64,000 bases of DNA, from NCBI GenBank assembly GCA_028826165.1, contig JAPDFW010000136.1, positions 124,001 to 188,000 on the forward strand, read 5' to 3'. Both the position numbers and the translations under genes were made by a program. The DNA is from Anaeramoeba ignava BMAN. Lineage: Eukaryota > Protista > Anaeramoebae. How positions within the stretch are numbered: position 1 is the stretch's first letter; every line of letters begins with the position of its first letter. The notes beneath the pieces are model-generated. The model was not told where the DNA came from, did not search any database, and saw nothing but the letters and a program-made list of their open reading frames with translations. Of the stretch, positions 23,536 through 37,595 are shown piece by piece.

Positions 23536-26500
23536 ATGGGAAATTGTGCTAAAAATTCTGATTCAAAAAAAACACAAAGTATTGATGATCAACTTGCAAA
23601 AGAAACAATTGTTAAAGAAAACCAATTAAAATTATTACTTCTTGGTAAAAAAAACTAAAACCATTTCGAAATGAGAAAAAAAATAACGTTTTTTTTCTCA
23701 TTTTTTTTTTCTTAATTTTTATTTTTATTTTAATTATAATTTCTATTTTGGATTATTAGGTTCTGGTGATTCTGGAAAGTCTACAATTTTAAGACAAATC
23801 CAAATTTCTCATGTTCATGATTTTACTGACCAAGAAAGAAGAGAATTTCAACAACCTATTTATCTTACAATTCTTGAAGGAATTCAAGCAATTATTAATG
23901 CTGCAGATCTTTTAAATATTCCTTTAAATCAAGAACTTCAGGTTAATAAATTAATAAATAAATTAATAAATAAATTAATAAATAAATTAATAAATAAATT
24001 AATAAATAAATTAAATAATTTAATAAATAAATAAATAAATAATTTGATAAATAAATTAATAAATAAATTAATAAATAAATTAATAAATAAATTAATAAAT
24101 AAATTAATAAATAAATTAATAAATAATTTAATAAATAATTTAATAAATAAATTAATAAATAATTTAATAAATAAATTAATAAATAATTTAATAAATAATT
24201 TAATAAATAATTTAATAAATAATTTAATAAATAAATTAATAAATAATTTAATAAATAATTTAATAAATAATTTAATAAATAAATTAATAAATAATTTAAT
24301 AAATAATTTAATAAATAATTTAATAAATAAATTAATAAATAAATTAATAAATAATTTAATAAATAAATTAATAAATAAATTAATAAATAATTTAATAAAT
24401 AATTTAATAAATAATTTAATAAATAAATTAATAAATAAATTAATAAATAATTTAATAAATAATTTAATAAATAAATTAATAAATAAATTAATAAATAATT
24501 TAATAAATAAATTAATAAATAATTTAATAAATAAATTAATAAATAAATTAATAAATAAATTAATAAATAAATTAATAAATAATTTAATAAATAATTTAAT
24601 AAATAAATTAATAAATAATTTAATAAATAAATTAATAAATAAATTAATAAATAATTTAATAAATAAATTAATAAATAATTTGATAAATAAATTAATAAAT
24701 AAATTAATAAATAAATTAATAAATAAATTAATAAATAAATTAATAAATAATTAATAAATAATTTAATAAATAATTTAATAAATAAATTAATAAATAAATT
24801 AATAAATTAATTAATAAATAATTTAATAAATAAATTAATAAATAAATTTATAAATAAATTAATAAATAAATTAATAAATAAAATAAATTAATAAATAAAT
24901 TAATAAATAAATAAATAAATTAATAAATAATTAAATAATTTAATAAATAAATTAATAAATAAATTAATAAATAATTTAATAAATAATTTAATAAATAAAT
25001 TAATAAATAAATTAATAAATTAATAAATAAATTAATAAATAAATTAATAAATAATTTAATAAATAATTTAATAAATAAATTAATAAATAAATTAATAAAT
25101 AAATTAATAAATAAATTAATAAATAAATTAATAAATAAATTAATAAATAAATTAATAAATAAATTAATAAATAAATTAATAAATAAATTAATAAATAAAT
25201 TAATAAATAAATAATAATTTAATAAATAAATTAATAAATAATTTAATAAATAAATTAATAAATAATTTGATAAATAAAAATTAATAAATAAATTAATAAA
25301 TAAATTAATAAATAATTTAATAAAAATAAATTAATAAATAAATTAAAAATAAATAAATTAATAAATAATTTGATAAATAATTTAATAAATATATTAATAA
25401 ATATATTAATAAATAATTTAATAAATAAAAAATAAATAAATAAATAAATTAATAAATAAATTAATAAATAATTTGATAAATAAATTAATAAATAAATTAA
25501 TAAATAATTTAATAAATATATTAATAAATATATTAATAAACAAATTAATAAATAAATTAATAAATAAATAAATAAATAATTTGATAAATAATTTAATAAA
25601 TAAATTAATAAATATAATAAATAATTTAATAAATAATTTAATAAATAATTTAATAAATAAATTAATAAATAAATTAATAAATAATTTTAAATAAATTAAT
25701 AAATTAATTTAATAAATAAATTAATAAATAAATTAATAAATAAATTAATAAATAATTTAATAAATAAATTAATAAATAAATTAATAAATAATAAATATAT
25801 TAATAAATAAATAAATAAATTAATAAATAAATTTGTAAATAATTTAATAAATAAATTAATAAATTAATAAATATATTAATAAATAATTTAATAAATAAAT
25901 TAATAAATAATTTAATAATAAATTAATAAATAAATTAATAAATAATTTAATAAATAAATTAATAAATAAAATTAATAAATAAATTTTAAATAAATTAATA
26001 AATAAATTAATAAATAAATTAATAAATAAATTAATAAATAAATTTATAAATAAATTTATAAATAAATAAATAAATTAATAAATAAATTAAATAATTTATT
26101 AAATAAATTAATAAATAAATTAATAAATTAATTAATAAATAAATTAATAAATAATTTAATAAATAAATTAATAAATATATATTAATAAATAAATTAATAA
26201 ACAAATTAATAAACAAATTAATAAATAAATTAATAAATAAATAAATAAATAATTTAATAAATAATTTAATAAATAAATTAATAAATAAATAAATTAAATA
26301 ATTTAATAAATAAATTAATAAATAAATTAATAAATAATTAAATAAATTAATAAATTAATTAATAAATAAATTAATAAATAATTTAATAAATAAATTAATA
26401 AATATATTAATAAATAATTAAATAAATTAATAAATTAATTAATAAATAAATTGTAAATAATTTAATAAATAAATTAATAAATATATTAATAAATAATTTA

Positions 26501-29121
26501 ATAAATAATTTAATAAATAAATTAATAAATAAATTAATAAATTAATAAATAATTTAATAAATAATTTAATAAATAATTTAATAAATAATTTAATAAATAA
26601 ATTAATAAATAAATTAATAAATAATTTAATAAATTAATAAATAAATTAATAAATAAAATAAATAAATTAATAAATAAATTAATAAATAAAATAAATAAAT
26701 TAATAAATAAATTAATAAATTAATAAATAATTTAATAAATAATTTAATAAATAATTTAATAAATAATTTAATAAAAATAAATTAATAAATTAATTAATAA
26801 ATAAATTAATAAATAAATTAATAAATAAATTAATAAATTAATAAATAAATTAATAAATAAATTAATAAATAAATTAATAAATAATTTAATTAATAAATTA
26901 ATAAATAATTTAATAAATAATTTAATTAATAAATTAATAAATAATTTAATAAATAAATTAATAAATAAATTAATAAATAAATAATTTAATAAATAATTTA
27001 ATAAATAATTTAATAAATAAATTAATAAATAATTTAATAAATAATTTAATAAATAATTTAATAAATAAATTTAATAAATAAATTTAATAAATAAATTAAT
27101 AAATGAATTAATAAATAAATAAATAAATAAATAATTTAATAAATAATTTAATAAATAATTTAATAAAATCTAGCCACATATTGAAAAAGTTATGGAAGCA
27201 ACTGATTTATCACCTGATCTTTATCAAGATTTCCAACAATTATGGAATGATGATTCAATTCAACAAATTATTGGAAGAGCAAATGAATTTCAACTTCATG
27301 ATTCAACTCAATAGTAGATAATTTAAAAACTCAAAAAGAAAAAATCAATTCAAATTTAAATTTAAATTTTTTATTTCATTTTGAAGTTATTTTGGAAATT
27401 TAGATAGACTTTTTGCAGATGATTATTTACCTACTAACGAAGATATTTTAAGAGCAAGAATAAGAACAACAGGAATTATTGAATTGAGTTTTGAAATTGA
27501 AGGAACAAAATTTTTGTAAAAATTAATTCAAATTAATTATCAAACAAAACAACAATTAATTTTTTATTTTTTTTTGGATTAAAATTGAAAAGATTATTTG
27601 ATGTTGGAGGACAAAGAAACGAAAGAAAAAAATGGATTCATTGCTTTTCTGTAATTAAAGCAATTCAATTTAATTTAAAAACAATTTAAATCAAAAACAA
27701 TTTAATTCAAAAATAATTTAATTCAAAAATAATTTAATTCAAAAATAATTTAATTCAAAAATAATTTAATTCAAAAATAATTCAAAAACAATTTAATTTA
27801 AAAATAATTTAATTTAAAAATAATTTAATTCAAAAATAATTTAATTCAAAAACAATTTAATTCAAAAACAATTTAATTCAAAAATAATTTAATTCAAAAA
27901 CAATTTAATTTAAAAATAATTTAATTTAAAAATAATTTAATTCAAAAATAATTTAATTCAAAAATAATTTAATTCAAAAATAATTTAAATTTAATTCAAA
28001 AACAATTTAATTCAAAAATAATTTAATTCAAAAATAATTTAATTCAAAAACAATTTAATTTAAAAACAATTTAATTCAAAAATAATTCAAAAACAATTTA
28101 ATTTAAAAATAATTTAATTCAAAAATAATTTAATTCAAAAATAATTTAATTTAAAAATAATTTAATTCAAAAACAATTTAATTTAAAAACAATTTAATTC
28201 AAAAATAATTCAAAAACAATTTAATTCAAAAACAATTTAATTCAAAAACAATTTAATTCAAAAACAATTTAAATCAAAAACAATTTAATTCAAAAATAAT
28301 TTAATTCAAAAATAATTTAATTCAAAAATAATTTAATTCAAAAATAATTTAATTCAAAAACAATTTAATTCAAAAACAATTTAATTTAAAAACAATTTAA
28401 TTCAAAAATAATTCAAAAACAATTTAATTTAAAAATAATTTAATTCAAAAATAATTTAATTCAAAAACAATTTAATTCAAATTTAAAAATATATATTTTA
28501 GAGTGTAAATGCAATTATCTTCTGTGTTTCTTTAAGTGAATATGATCAAACTCTTTTTGAAGATAATCAAAAAAAAAGAATGGAAGAATCTTTAATGCTT
28601 TTTTCAGAAATTTGCAATAGTCGTTGGTTTCAAAAAACCACAATGATTTTATTCTTTAATAAAAAAGATTTATTTCAAAAAAAGATACAAAATAAAGATT
28701 TAAAAGTAGTATTTGATGATTATGAAGGTAAATATTAAATATTAAATATTAAATTATTAAATTATTAAATTATTAAATTAAATTATTAAATTATTAAATT
28801 ATTAAATTAAATATTAAATAATTAAATTAAATTATTAAATTATTAAATTATTAAAATATTAAATTATTAAATTATTAAAATATTAAATTATTAAATATTA
28901 ATTAAATTATTAAATTGTTAAATTATTTTTCTTTCAAAAAAAAAGGTGGTCGCGATTATGAAAATGCAACTAAATTTATAGCAGATAAATTTAAATCATT
29001 AAATGAAACTCATTCAGAAATTTTTAGTTATTTTACTTGTGCAACAGATTCATCAAATTTTTCACAAGTTTTTGTTCAAGTTAAAAACACAATTCTTTCA
29101 GAAATAGCAAAACAAATGTGA
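23536..29121 (+). CDS. Heterotrimeric G-protein alpha subunit, 7 exons
   Basis: Exons 23536-23644, 23760-23941, 27174-27313, 27387-27515, 27593-27650, 28502-28727, 28946-29121. MGNC lipidation start, [54 protein letters not shown]. Confidence 0.97.
23944..27168 (+). repeat. Intronic 12-bp repeat aataaataa(a/t)tt, 3.2 kb
   Basis: Fills G-alpha intron 2; reverse complement of the unit in the Cys-rich gene introns. Confidence 0.95.
27670..28480 (+). repeat. Intronic 16-bp repeat aatt(c/t)aaaaa(t/c)aattt
   Basis: G-alpha intron 5. Confidence 0.9.
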
Positions 29122-29365
29122 TTAATTCAAATTTGTTTAACTTTCTCTTTTCTTTTTTTTTTTCTTTTCTTTTCTAAAAGTTGGATTTTTTAAGAACAAA
29201 AAAAAAACGAAAAAAAAATTTGAGTTTTTTTTTTAAACATTTTTTTTTAATGAATTTGATTTTTCTTTAATTTCTTTTGTTTTCAGAATTTGATTTTTTT
29301 CTTTTTTTTTTGGAATGGAAGAGAATAAAAAAAATTCGTTTTAAAAATTTTTTAATTTTTTTAAT

Positions 29366-29710
29366 TTAATTTTTATTTGAATCTGTTTTTAATTTTTTTG
29401 TTTGTTGTTCTTCTAAAAGTTTTTCAAATTCTTTATCAATTAATTTTTTATTTTCCATTAATTTTTTGAATTGATCTCCATTTAAATTAACTCCTTTTCT
29501 AGTTCTTTTCCATTCATTTCCACTTTTATAAAATTCTCTAATTTCAATTTGAACTTTTCCACGAAATTTAGAAACAACAATTTTTTTATTTCCTCCAAGC
29601 TAATTTTATTTTTAAAATTAAAATTAAAATTAAACTTAAAATTAAAACTAAATTTTTTAAGTTTGTTGTTTTACATCAAAAGTTTCTTCTAAATTAATTC
29701 CAGAACTCAT
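29366..29710 (-). CDS. SUB1: Transcriptional coactivator PC4/Sub1 (ssDNA-binding), 2 exons; absent from the ORF track
   Basis: Exon 1 29710-29675, exon 2 29599-29366: MSSGINLEETFD-LGGNKKIVVSKFRGKVQIEIREFYKSGNEWKRTRKGVNLNGDQF..., matching the PC4 domain pattern. Confidence 0.88.
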
Positions 29711-30004
29711 TTAAATAATAAAAATGAAAATGAAAAAAATGAAAAAAAAATGAAAATTTTTTTTTTTGAAAGTTTAAATATTTTTTGGTTTTTTTTTTTT
29801 AATCAATTATTTTTAATTAAATTTAATTAAATTCCCTTTTTTGGTTTTTTTTTTTTTGAGTTGATGAAATTTTTTGAAAAGAATTCATTTCTTTTTTTTA
29901 GATTTTTGAGAACATTTTTAGTTTTGGAATTTTTAATCCACATTTTTTATTTATTTCCAAATTTAATTTTTCAACAATAGAATTTTATTATTTCTTGCAT
30001 AAAA

Positions 30005-31765
30005 TATTTAATTAAATATATATTCAATAAAATTAGACATTTTATTAATTATTAAAAAGTTATTTATTTATTAAAATATAAAAAGGGAAAAAATTTAATT
30101 TAATTATAATAAAATTAAGAATAGAAATTAATTAATATTTATAATTATTTTTAATTTAAATATAATTCAATAAAATTAGTCATGTTTATTTATTATTAAA
30201 AGTTATTTATTTATTAAAATATAAAAAGGGAAAAAATTTAATTTAATTATAATAAAATTAAGAATAGAAATTAATTAATATTTATAATTATTTTTAATTT
30301 AAATATAATTTAATATTAATATTTATGTTTATTTAGTTATTAAAAAGTTATTTATTTATTGAAATATAAAAAGAGAAAAAATTTAATTTAATTATAATAA
30401 AATTAAGAATAGAAATGAATTAATATTTATAATTATTTTTAATTTAAATATAATTTAATATTAATATTTATGTTTATTTAATTATTAAAAATTATTTATT
30501 TATTAAAATATGAAAAGAGAAAAATTTAATTTAAAAATAATAAAATTAAGAATAGAAATGAATTAATATTTATAATTATTTTTAATTTAAATATAATTTA
30601 ATATTGATATTTATGTTTATTAATTATTAAAAATTATTTATTTATTGAAATATAAAAGAGAAAATATTTAATTTAATTATAATAAAATTAAGAATAGAAA
30701 TTAATTAATATTTATAATTATTTTTAATTTAAATATAATTTAATATTATTTATGTTTATTTATTATTAAAAAGTTATTTATTTATTAAAATATAAAAAGG
30801 AAAATATTTAATTTAATTATAACAAAATTAAGAATAGAAATGAATTAATATTTATAATTATTTTTAATTTAAATATAATTTAATATTAATATTTATGTTT
30901 ATTTATTATTAAAAATTATTTATTTATTGAAATATAAAAGGAAAAATTTAATTTAAAAATAATAAAATTAAGAATAGAAATTAATTAATATTTATAATTA
31001 TTTTTAATTTAAATAGATATTTAATATTAATATTTATGTTTATTTATTATTAAAAATTATTTATTTATTAAAATATAAAAAGGGAAAATATTTAATTTAA
31101 AAATAATAAAATTAAGAATAGAAATTAATTAATATTTATAATTATTTTTAATTTAAATATAATTTAATATTAATATTTATGTTTATTTAATTATTAAAAA
31201 GTTATTTATTTATTAAAATATAAAAGGGAAAAATTTAATTTAAAAATAATAAAATTAAAAATAGAAATTAATTAATATTTATAATTATTTTTAATTTAAA
31301 TAGATATTTTAATATTAATATTTATGTTTATTTAATTATTAAAAGTTATTTATTTATTAAAATATGAAAAGGGAAAAAATTTAATTTAAAAATAATAAAA
31401 TTAAGAATAGGAATTAATTAATATTTATAATTATTTTTAATTTAAATATAATTTAACATTAATATTTATGTTTATTAATTATTAAAAGTTATTTATTTAT
31501 TGAAATATAAAAAGAGAAAAAATTTAATTTAAAAATAACAAAATTAAGAATAGAAATTAATTAATATTTATAATTATTTTTAATTTAAATAGATATTTAA
31601 TATTAATATTTATGTCTATTAATTATTAAAAATTATTTATTTATTAAAATATAAAAAGAGAAAAAATTTAATTTAAAAATAACAAAATTAAGAATAGAAT
31701 TTAATTAATATTTATAATTATTTTTAATTTAAATAGATATTTAATAAAATTGGACATTTTATTTT
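30005..31765. repeat. Intergenic tandem array, about 143-bp unit x12
   Basis: aagaatag anchor at 30117, 30260, 30405, 30548, 30690, 30830, 30970, 31114, 31257, 31403, 31546, 31690. Confidence 0.95.
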
Positions 31766-31933
31766 ATTTTAAAAAATTTTTTTTTGTAATTAAAAAGAAA
31801 AAAAAAGAATAAAACTGTCCAATTATTTTTTTCATTTTTACTTTTTGTTTTTCTTTTATTTTTTGAATTGATTTTTTTTTGAACTTTCCAAAAACTATTT
31901 TAAAACAAAACAAAAAAACAAAACAAGAATTAA

Positions 31934-34900
31934 ATGGCAATTAATTTGAAAGATCTTTTTTTAAGTTTAGAAGGAACAAAAATAAGAAAGACAGTCATCA
32001 AAACAGGAGAAGTTCGTTATTGTCAACATGTTCCTAATAATTACAGTCGTTCTTTTCATGGAAGTGCAGTTGTTTGTAAACCACCATTTGATCCAGTTTC
32101 GATTGAATTTTGGTACAAAAATTGGAGAATTGGTTCGTTTTTTTCTTTCATTTTTTTTTATTATTTTAAATTTACAATTAATTTTCCTTTTTCCTTTTTA
32201 ATTTTTAATTTTTACTTTTTTTCTTCTTTTTTTTTTAAATTTATTTTAGCTTCTGTTCCTTGTAATTTCCATGCAAAAATTACTGAAAATGTAAGTTAAA
32301 TATCATTTTATTTTTCTTCTTTTTATTTTTCTTTTTAAAATCTAAAAATATCCAAAAAAAAAATAGACTATTGATTTTATTCGATTAAATGGAACTTTAA
32401 AAAAAGAAGGAGGAAGAAGAAAAAATGTCAAGAAAAGATGGTTTGTTTTAAATGATTATAAACTTTCTTATTTTCAAGATGAAAAAGTAATTTTAAAAAC
32501 CAAAAATAAATCAATCAATAAATAAATCAATAAATCAATAAATAAATCAATAAATAAATCAATAAATCAATAAATAAATAAATCAATAAATAAATCAATA
32601 AATCAATAAATCAATAAATAAATCAAATCAATAAATAAATCAATCAATAAATCAATAAATCAATCAATAAATCAATAAATAAATCAATAAATAAATAAAT
32701 CAATAAATAAATCAATAAATAAAATAAATAAATCAATAAATAAATAAATAAATAAAAATAAAATAATCCAAAATAAATAAATCAATAAATAAATCAATAA
32801 ATAAATCAATAAATAAATCAATCAATAAATAAATAAATCAATAAATAAATAAATCAATCAATAAATAAATCAATCAATAAATAAATCAATAAATAAATCA
32901 ATCAATAAATCAATAAATCAATAAATAAATAAATCAATAAATCAATAAATAAAAATAAATCATCAATAAATAAATAAATCAAATCAATAAATCAAAAATC
33001 AATAAATAAATAAATAAATCAATAAATCAATAAATAAATCAATAAATCAATAAATAAATCAATCAATAAATAAATCAATAAATAAATCAATCAATAAATC
33101 AATAAATCAATAAATAAATCAATAAATAAATCAATAAATCAATTAATCAATCAAAACAAAAGCATGCAACAAATCCAATTCGAGAAATTTTAGTTTCAGA
33201 CATTAAAAATTGTGCAAATACTGCAGATTTAATGAAAATTCAAGTGTTTACACCTTCAAGAACTTTTGTTGTGACAGCTGAAGATCCTAAAACAAGTTTT
33301 ATTTGGCTTAAAATGATAACAGCAACCCAAAAACTTCATGAAATGGTTCAAACCAATATGAATATTGTTGAGGTATTTAATTTGAATATTTTATATTTAA
33401 TTTTAATATTTTATTTGAATATTTATTATTTAATTTGAATATTTATTATTTAATTTGAATATTTTATATTTAATTTGAATATTTTATATTTATTTTGAAT
33501 ATTTATTATTTAATTTGATTATTTATTATTTAATTTGAATATTTTATATTTAATTTTAATATTTAATTCGATTATTTATTATTTAATTTGAATATTTGAT
33601 ATTTATTATTTTATATTTAATTTGAATATTTATTATTTAATTTGAATATTTTATTATTTAATTTGAATATTTTATATTTAATATTTAATTTGGATATTTA
33701 ATATTTATTTAATTTGAATATTTAATATTATTTAATTTGAATATTTATTATTTAATTTGAATATTTTTATATTTAATTTGAATATTTAATTTGAATATTT
33801 AATTTGGATATTTATTATTTTATTTATTAATATTTTAAATTTGATTATTTATTATTTAATTTGAATATTTTATATTTAATATTAATATTTATTATTTAAT
33901 TTGAATATTTAATTTGAATATTTAATTTTAATATTTTATATTTAATTTGAATATTTAATTTGAATATTTATTTGAATATTTTATATTTAATCTAAAATTT
34001 AGAAAGCACTCGCTGAACCAGAAAATTTAACAAGATATCTTCATTCAGATAACTACTTTATCTTCCAATACTTGGAAGATAAAAGCTTTTTCCAATACTT
34101 CATTGGCAAAAATAACAACATTGTTTTAGATTTAATCCAAAATGAATTATTATCACCAACTGATTTTGAACAAATTGGAGATTACCAAAAAGAAGCAAGA
34201 GAATGGGATCCAGAATTATGTATTGCGTTGATGAATCTAGCACAAAAAAAATCACAAGAATTGCCTATCAATTTGGTCCGATTTTGGAAAACAAAAATTG
34301 AAGAATCAGATCTTTTTAGTATCAATTTACCTCAATTCATTGTCAAAGATGATCGCCTTATGATTGAGAAACTCAAGGAACTTGAACAGCTGAAAACAGA
34401 TAAAGAAAAAACACAGCTCATTAACCAAGAACTTGTTGGCAAAATTCGCACCTATGAAACAAAGATACAAAAAAAACAAAAGAAAATTACCGAAATTGAA
34501 ATTCAAAACCAACAAAGACAAAATCTCAGCTCAACCGAAAATAACGAGTTGCAAGGAATCAGTAAGGAAGATCAGTTGAATACAATCAAAATCCAAATCG
34601 AAGAAATCGAGGAAGAAAACAAGAAATCAAAAGAAGAAAAAAATCAATTGAATCAAGAAATCAAGGAAAAAAACCAGAAAATAAACAAATTGGAAAGTGA
34701 TATTTCAAAGTTGAAAAAGGAATTGAGCCAAAAAAAGTCAGAGTCTGAACAAATACAAAAGAATCTCAACGAAAAAAACCTGAATAGCACAAGTATAATT
34801 CATGAAGCGAATTTTTTTGATTCCAAAATATCAAGTCTTGAAACCGAATTGAAAAGTGTGGAAAAAACAATTTCCAAGGAGAAAAAAGAACAACTTGAGA

Positions 34901-36417
34901 AGAAAAAAAGCCAAATCACAAGCACAACCCTGCAAAACACGGAAACACTTCGACTGGTTGAAGAAAATAAGAAATTACTTGATGAATTGGATCAACTTCA
35001 ATCAAAAGTTTTGGAAATGTATTCTTCTTTCATGCAGAAAAACACAACTTCCCAGCGCAAAACAAGTTCTATCAGCGAAGAGAAAAGACTTCCCACGCAG
35101 TATCTTTTCCCCAGAAACACCAAGTTCTCAAAAGCAATGCTTTCGTTTGAAAATGCACTTGATATTATCCAAAAACAAATCCAGAAAATGAAACAAAAAG
35201 CACAGACAATTAAGTCACACAAAATGATGCGAATAATAGAGAATTTATCCAAAATCACAAAGCGGAATCAAATCGACAAAAAAGAGGACGAGATTCTCAA
35301 GCACGATTTTGTGTCTGAAGTTCTGGAATATCTCAAACAAGTGAATGATTTCGCGACCCAAACTCGAATGTTTTCCTCCAACTTATGGAATCAGGAAACA
35401 AGAAAAAACATCGATCGGAGTTTGGAAGAGATTTTGGCGCCACTCAACGAGATACTTTCCCTGTCTAGATTGTACGTATCTTCCCTCACAAAGGATACAA
35501 TCCCAGATGACTCCAAAAACCCAAAAATCAAAAACAATTTTGATCAGATCTTTTCTTTGTGTCAAAAAATCATTTCCAAAATCAAAGAATCAAGAGAAAC
35601 TGAGAAAGTCCAAGAGGAGTCAAAAGACATTGCGGTTCAAGAACTTGTCACCGCTGAAAAATCACTTACTAAGGCATCACATAAAATATCAGAATTCAAA
35701 GTGAAAGCTGAACAACTTTCAAAAATTAAATTAGGAAATTATTTTGGAGAAGATTTACTTGATTTGGCAAATCTACTAATTGAGCACACTTCGGCTCTTG
35801 TTTCCGATGCAAGAAGCACACAAATAAAAGTGTCTGAGACCGCGAATCAGAATTCACGACGCTCACAAGAATCAGAAAAACAGACAAAAGAAGCACTAAT
35901 CAAAGGTGCTCGATCAATCACTCAATCAACAAATTTATTTCTCGAAATTTTGAAAACGGCTGTCAACGAAAAAAAATCCTCAAACAAGACACGTGCACGA
36001 ATAATCTCAGGGGCAAAAGAGGTATCTGCAGCTGCAACCCAATTGAGTATTGCTGCTAATGTTTTTCTTCCTTTTGGATCAAATGAAGCTGCGATTTTGG
36101 AATCTGATGCTAAAAAAGTCAGAAATACTACAAATGAATTGACTAAGTTTGCTGAGAATTTGGATCACAACGAAATTTTTCAATCAAATATTATTATTCC
36201 AACTTTCCAAAATCCAAATTTAGTTAAAAATGGAAAAACTCCTGATAATTTGCAAAAAAGTGAAGCTTCTAATGTTTTTGCTCGTGTTGAAGCTCAAACT
36301 AGAGTTAATGAGATTGAAAAGAAGCTACAAGCAGCAAGAGCTAATTTATTTGCTATTAGGAAAAAGAAATATGCGAAAATGCATACAACTCAAGTTAAAA
36401 CGAATCGATATTATTAA
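31934..36417 (+). CDS. PH domain + long coiled coil + C-terminal I/LWEQ (THATCH) actin-binding protein (Hip1R/Sla2/talin-like C-terminus), 5 exons
   Basis: Exons 31934-32132, 32250-32290, 32367-32486, 33163-33372, 34003-36417. PH: GTLKKEGGRRKNVKKRWFVL...RTFVVTAED....IWLK. I/LWEQ: IISGAKEVSAAATQL...EAQTRVNEIEKKLQAARANLFAIRKKKY. Confidence 0.85.
32505..33155 (+). repeat. Intronic aat(a/c)-type repeat
   Basis: Intron 32487-33162. Confidence 0.9.
33375..33990 (+). repeat. Intronic ~20-bp repeat ttaatttgaatattt(t)atat
   Basis: Intron 33373-34002. Confidence 0.85.
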
Positions 36418-36421
36418 ATAA

Positions 36422-37595
36422 AAAAATCAAAATCAAAATCAAAATTAAAATTAAAATAAAAATAAAATCAAAATCAAAATCAAAATCAAAATCAAAATTA
36501 AAATTAAAATCAAAATCAAAATCAAAATCAAAATCAAAATCAAAATCAAAATTAAAAATCAAAATCAAAATCAAAATCAAAATTAAAATTAAAATAAAAA
36601 TCAAAATCAAAATCGAAATCAAAATCAAAATTAAAATCAAAAATCAAAATCAAAATCAAAATCAAAATCAAAATTAAAAATCAAAATCAAAATCAAAATC
36701 AAAATCAAATTAAAATCAAAAATCAAAATCAAAATTAAAATCAAAATCAAAATCAAAATCAAAATCAAAATCAAAATCAAAATCAAAATCAAAATCAAAA
36801 TCAAATTAAAATAAAAAATCTAAATCAAAATCAAAATCAAAATCAAAATAAAAATCAAAATCAAAATCAAAATGAAAATTAAAATTAGAATTAAAATCAA
36901 AATCAAAATCAAAATAAAAATCAAAATCAAAATCAAATAAAAAATCAAAATCAAAATCAAAATCAAAATAAAAATAAAAATCAAAATCAATTTAAAATCA
37001 AAATCAAAATTAAAATTAAAATTAAAATCAAAATCAAAATAAAAATCAAAATTCAAATCAAAATTAAAATTAAAATCAAAATTAAAATCAAAATAAAAAT
37101 CAAAATAAAAATCAAAATCAAAATAAAAATCAAAATCAAAATAAAAATCAAAATCAAAATCGAAATCAAAATCAAAATTAAAATTAAAATTCAAAATAAA
37201 AATCTAAATCAAATTAATTCAAATCAAAATAAAAATCAAAATTAAAATAAATTTAAAAATCAAAATCAAAATCAAAATTAAAATCAAAATCAAAATCAAA
37301 ATCAAAATCAAAATTAAAATCAAAATCAAAATCAAAATCAAATAAAAAATCAAAATCAAAATCAAAATCAAAATAAAAATCAAAATTAAAATCAAAATCA
37401 AAATCAAAATAAAAATAATCAAAATCAAAATCAAATTAAAATTAAAATTAAATTTCATTCAAAATCAAAATCAAAATGAAAATTAAAATCAAAATTAAAA
37501 TCAAAATAATAAAAATCTAAATCAAAATCAATTTAAAAATAAAAATCAAAATCAAAATAAAAATCAAAATTAAAATCAAAATCAAAATTAAATAA
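36422..37595. repeat. (aaaatc/aaaatt)n hexamer tract between convergent genes
   Basis: Lies between the I/LWEQ gene stop and the eIF5A 3' end. Confidence 0.95.

Noticed and set aside
24044-24754. 236-aa [11 protein letters not shown] and similar low-complexity ORFs (3142, 11008, 11294, 36395-37458, 47859, 47875, 53490-54070, 54864, 61868)
   Set aside because: They are translations of intronic or intergenic microsatellites, or shadow frames of real genes. 24044 lies inside G-alpha intron 2, and splicing it out restores a canonical protein.
30005-31765. Possible CRISPR array
   Set aside because: Whole units repeat with no unique spacers, the context is eukaryotic, and there are no cas genes.
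36422-37595. Telomeric repeat
   Set aside because: Internal, degenerate aaaatc/aaaatt mixture with no G-rich strand; the same unit occurs in introns and exons.
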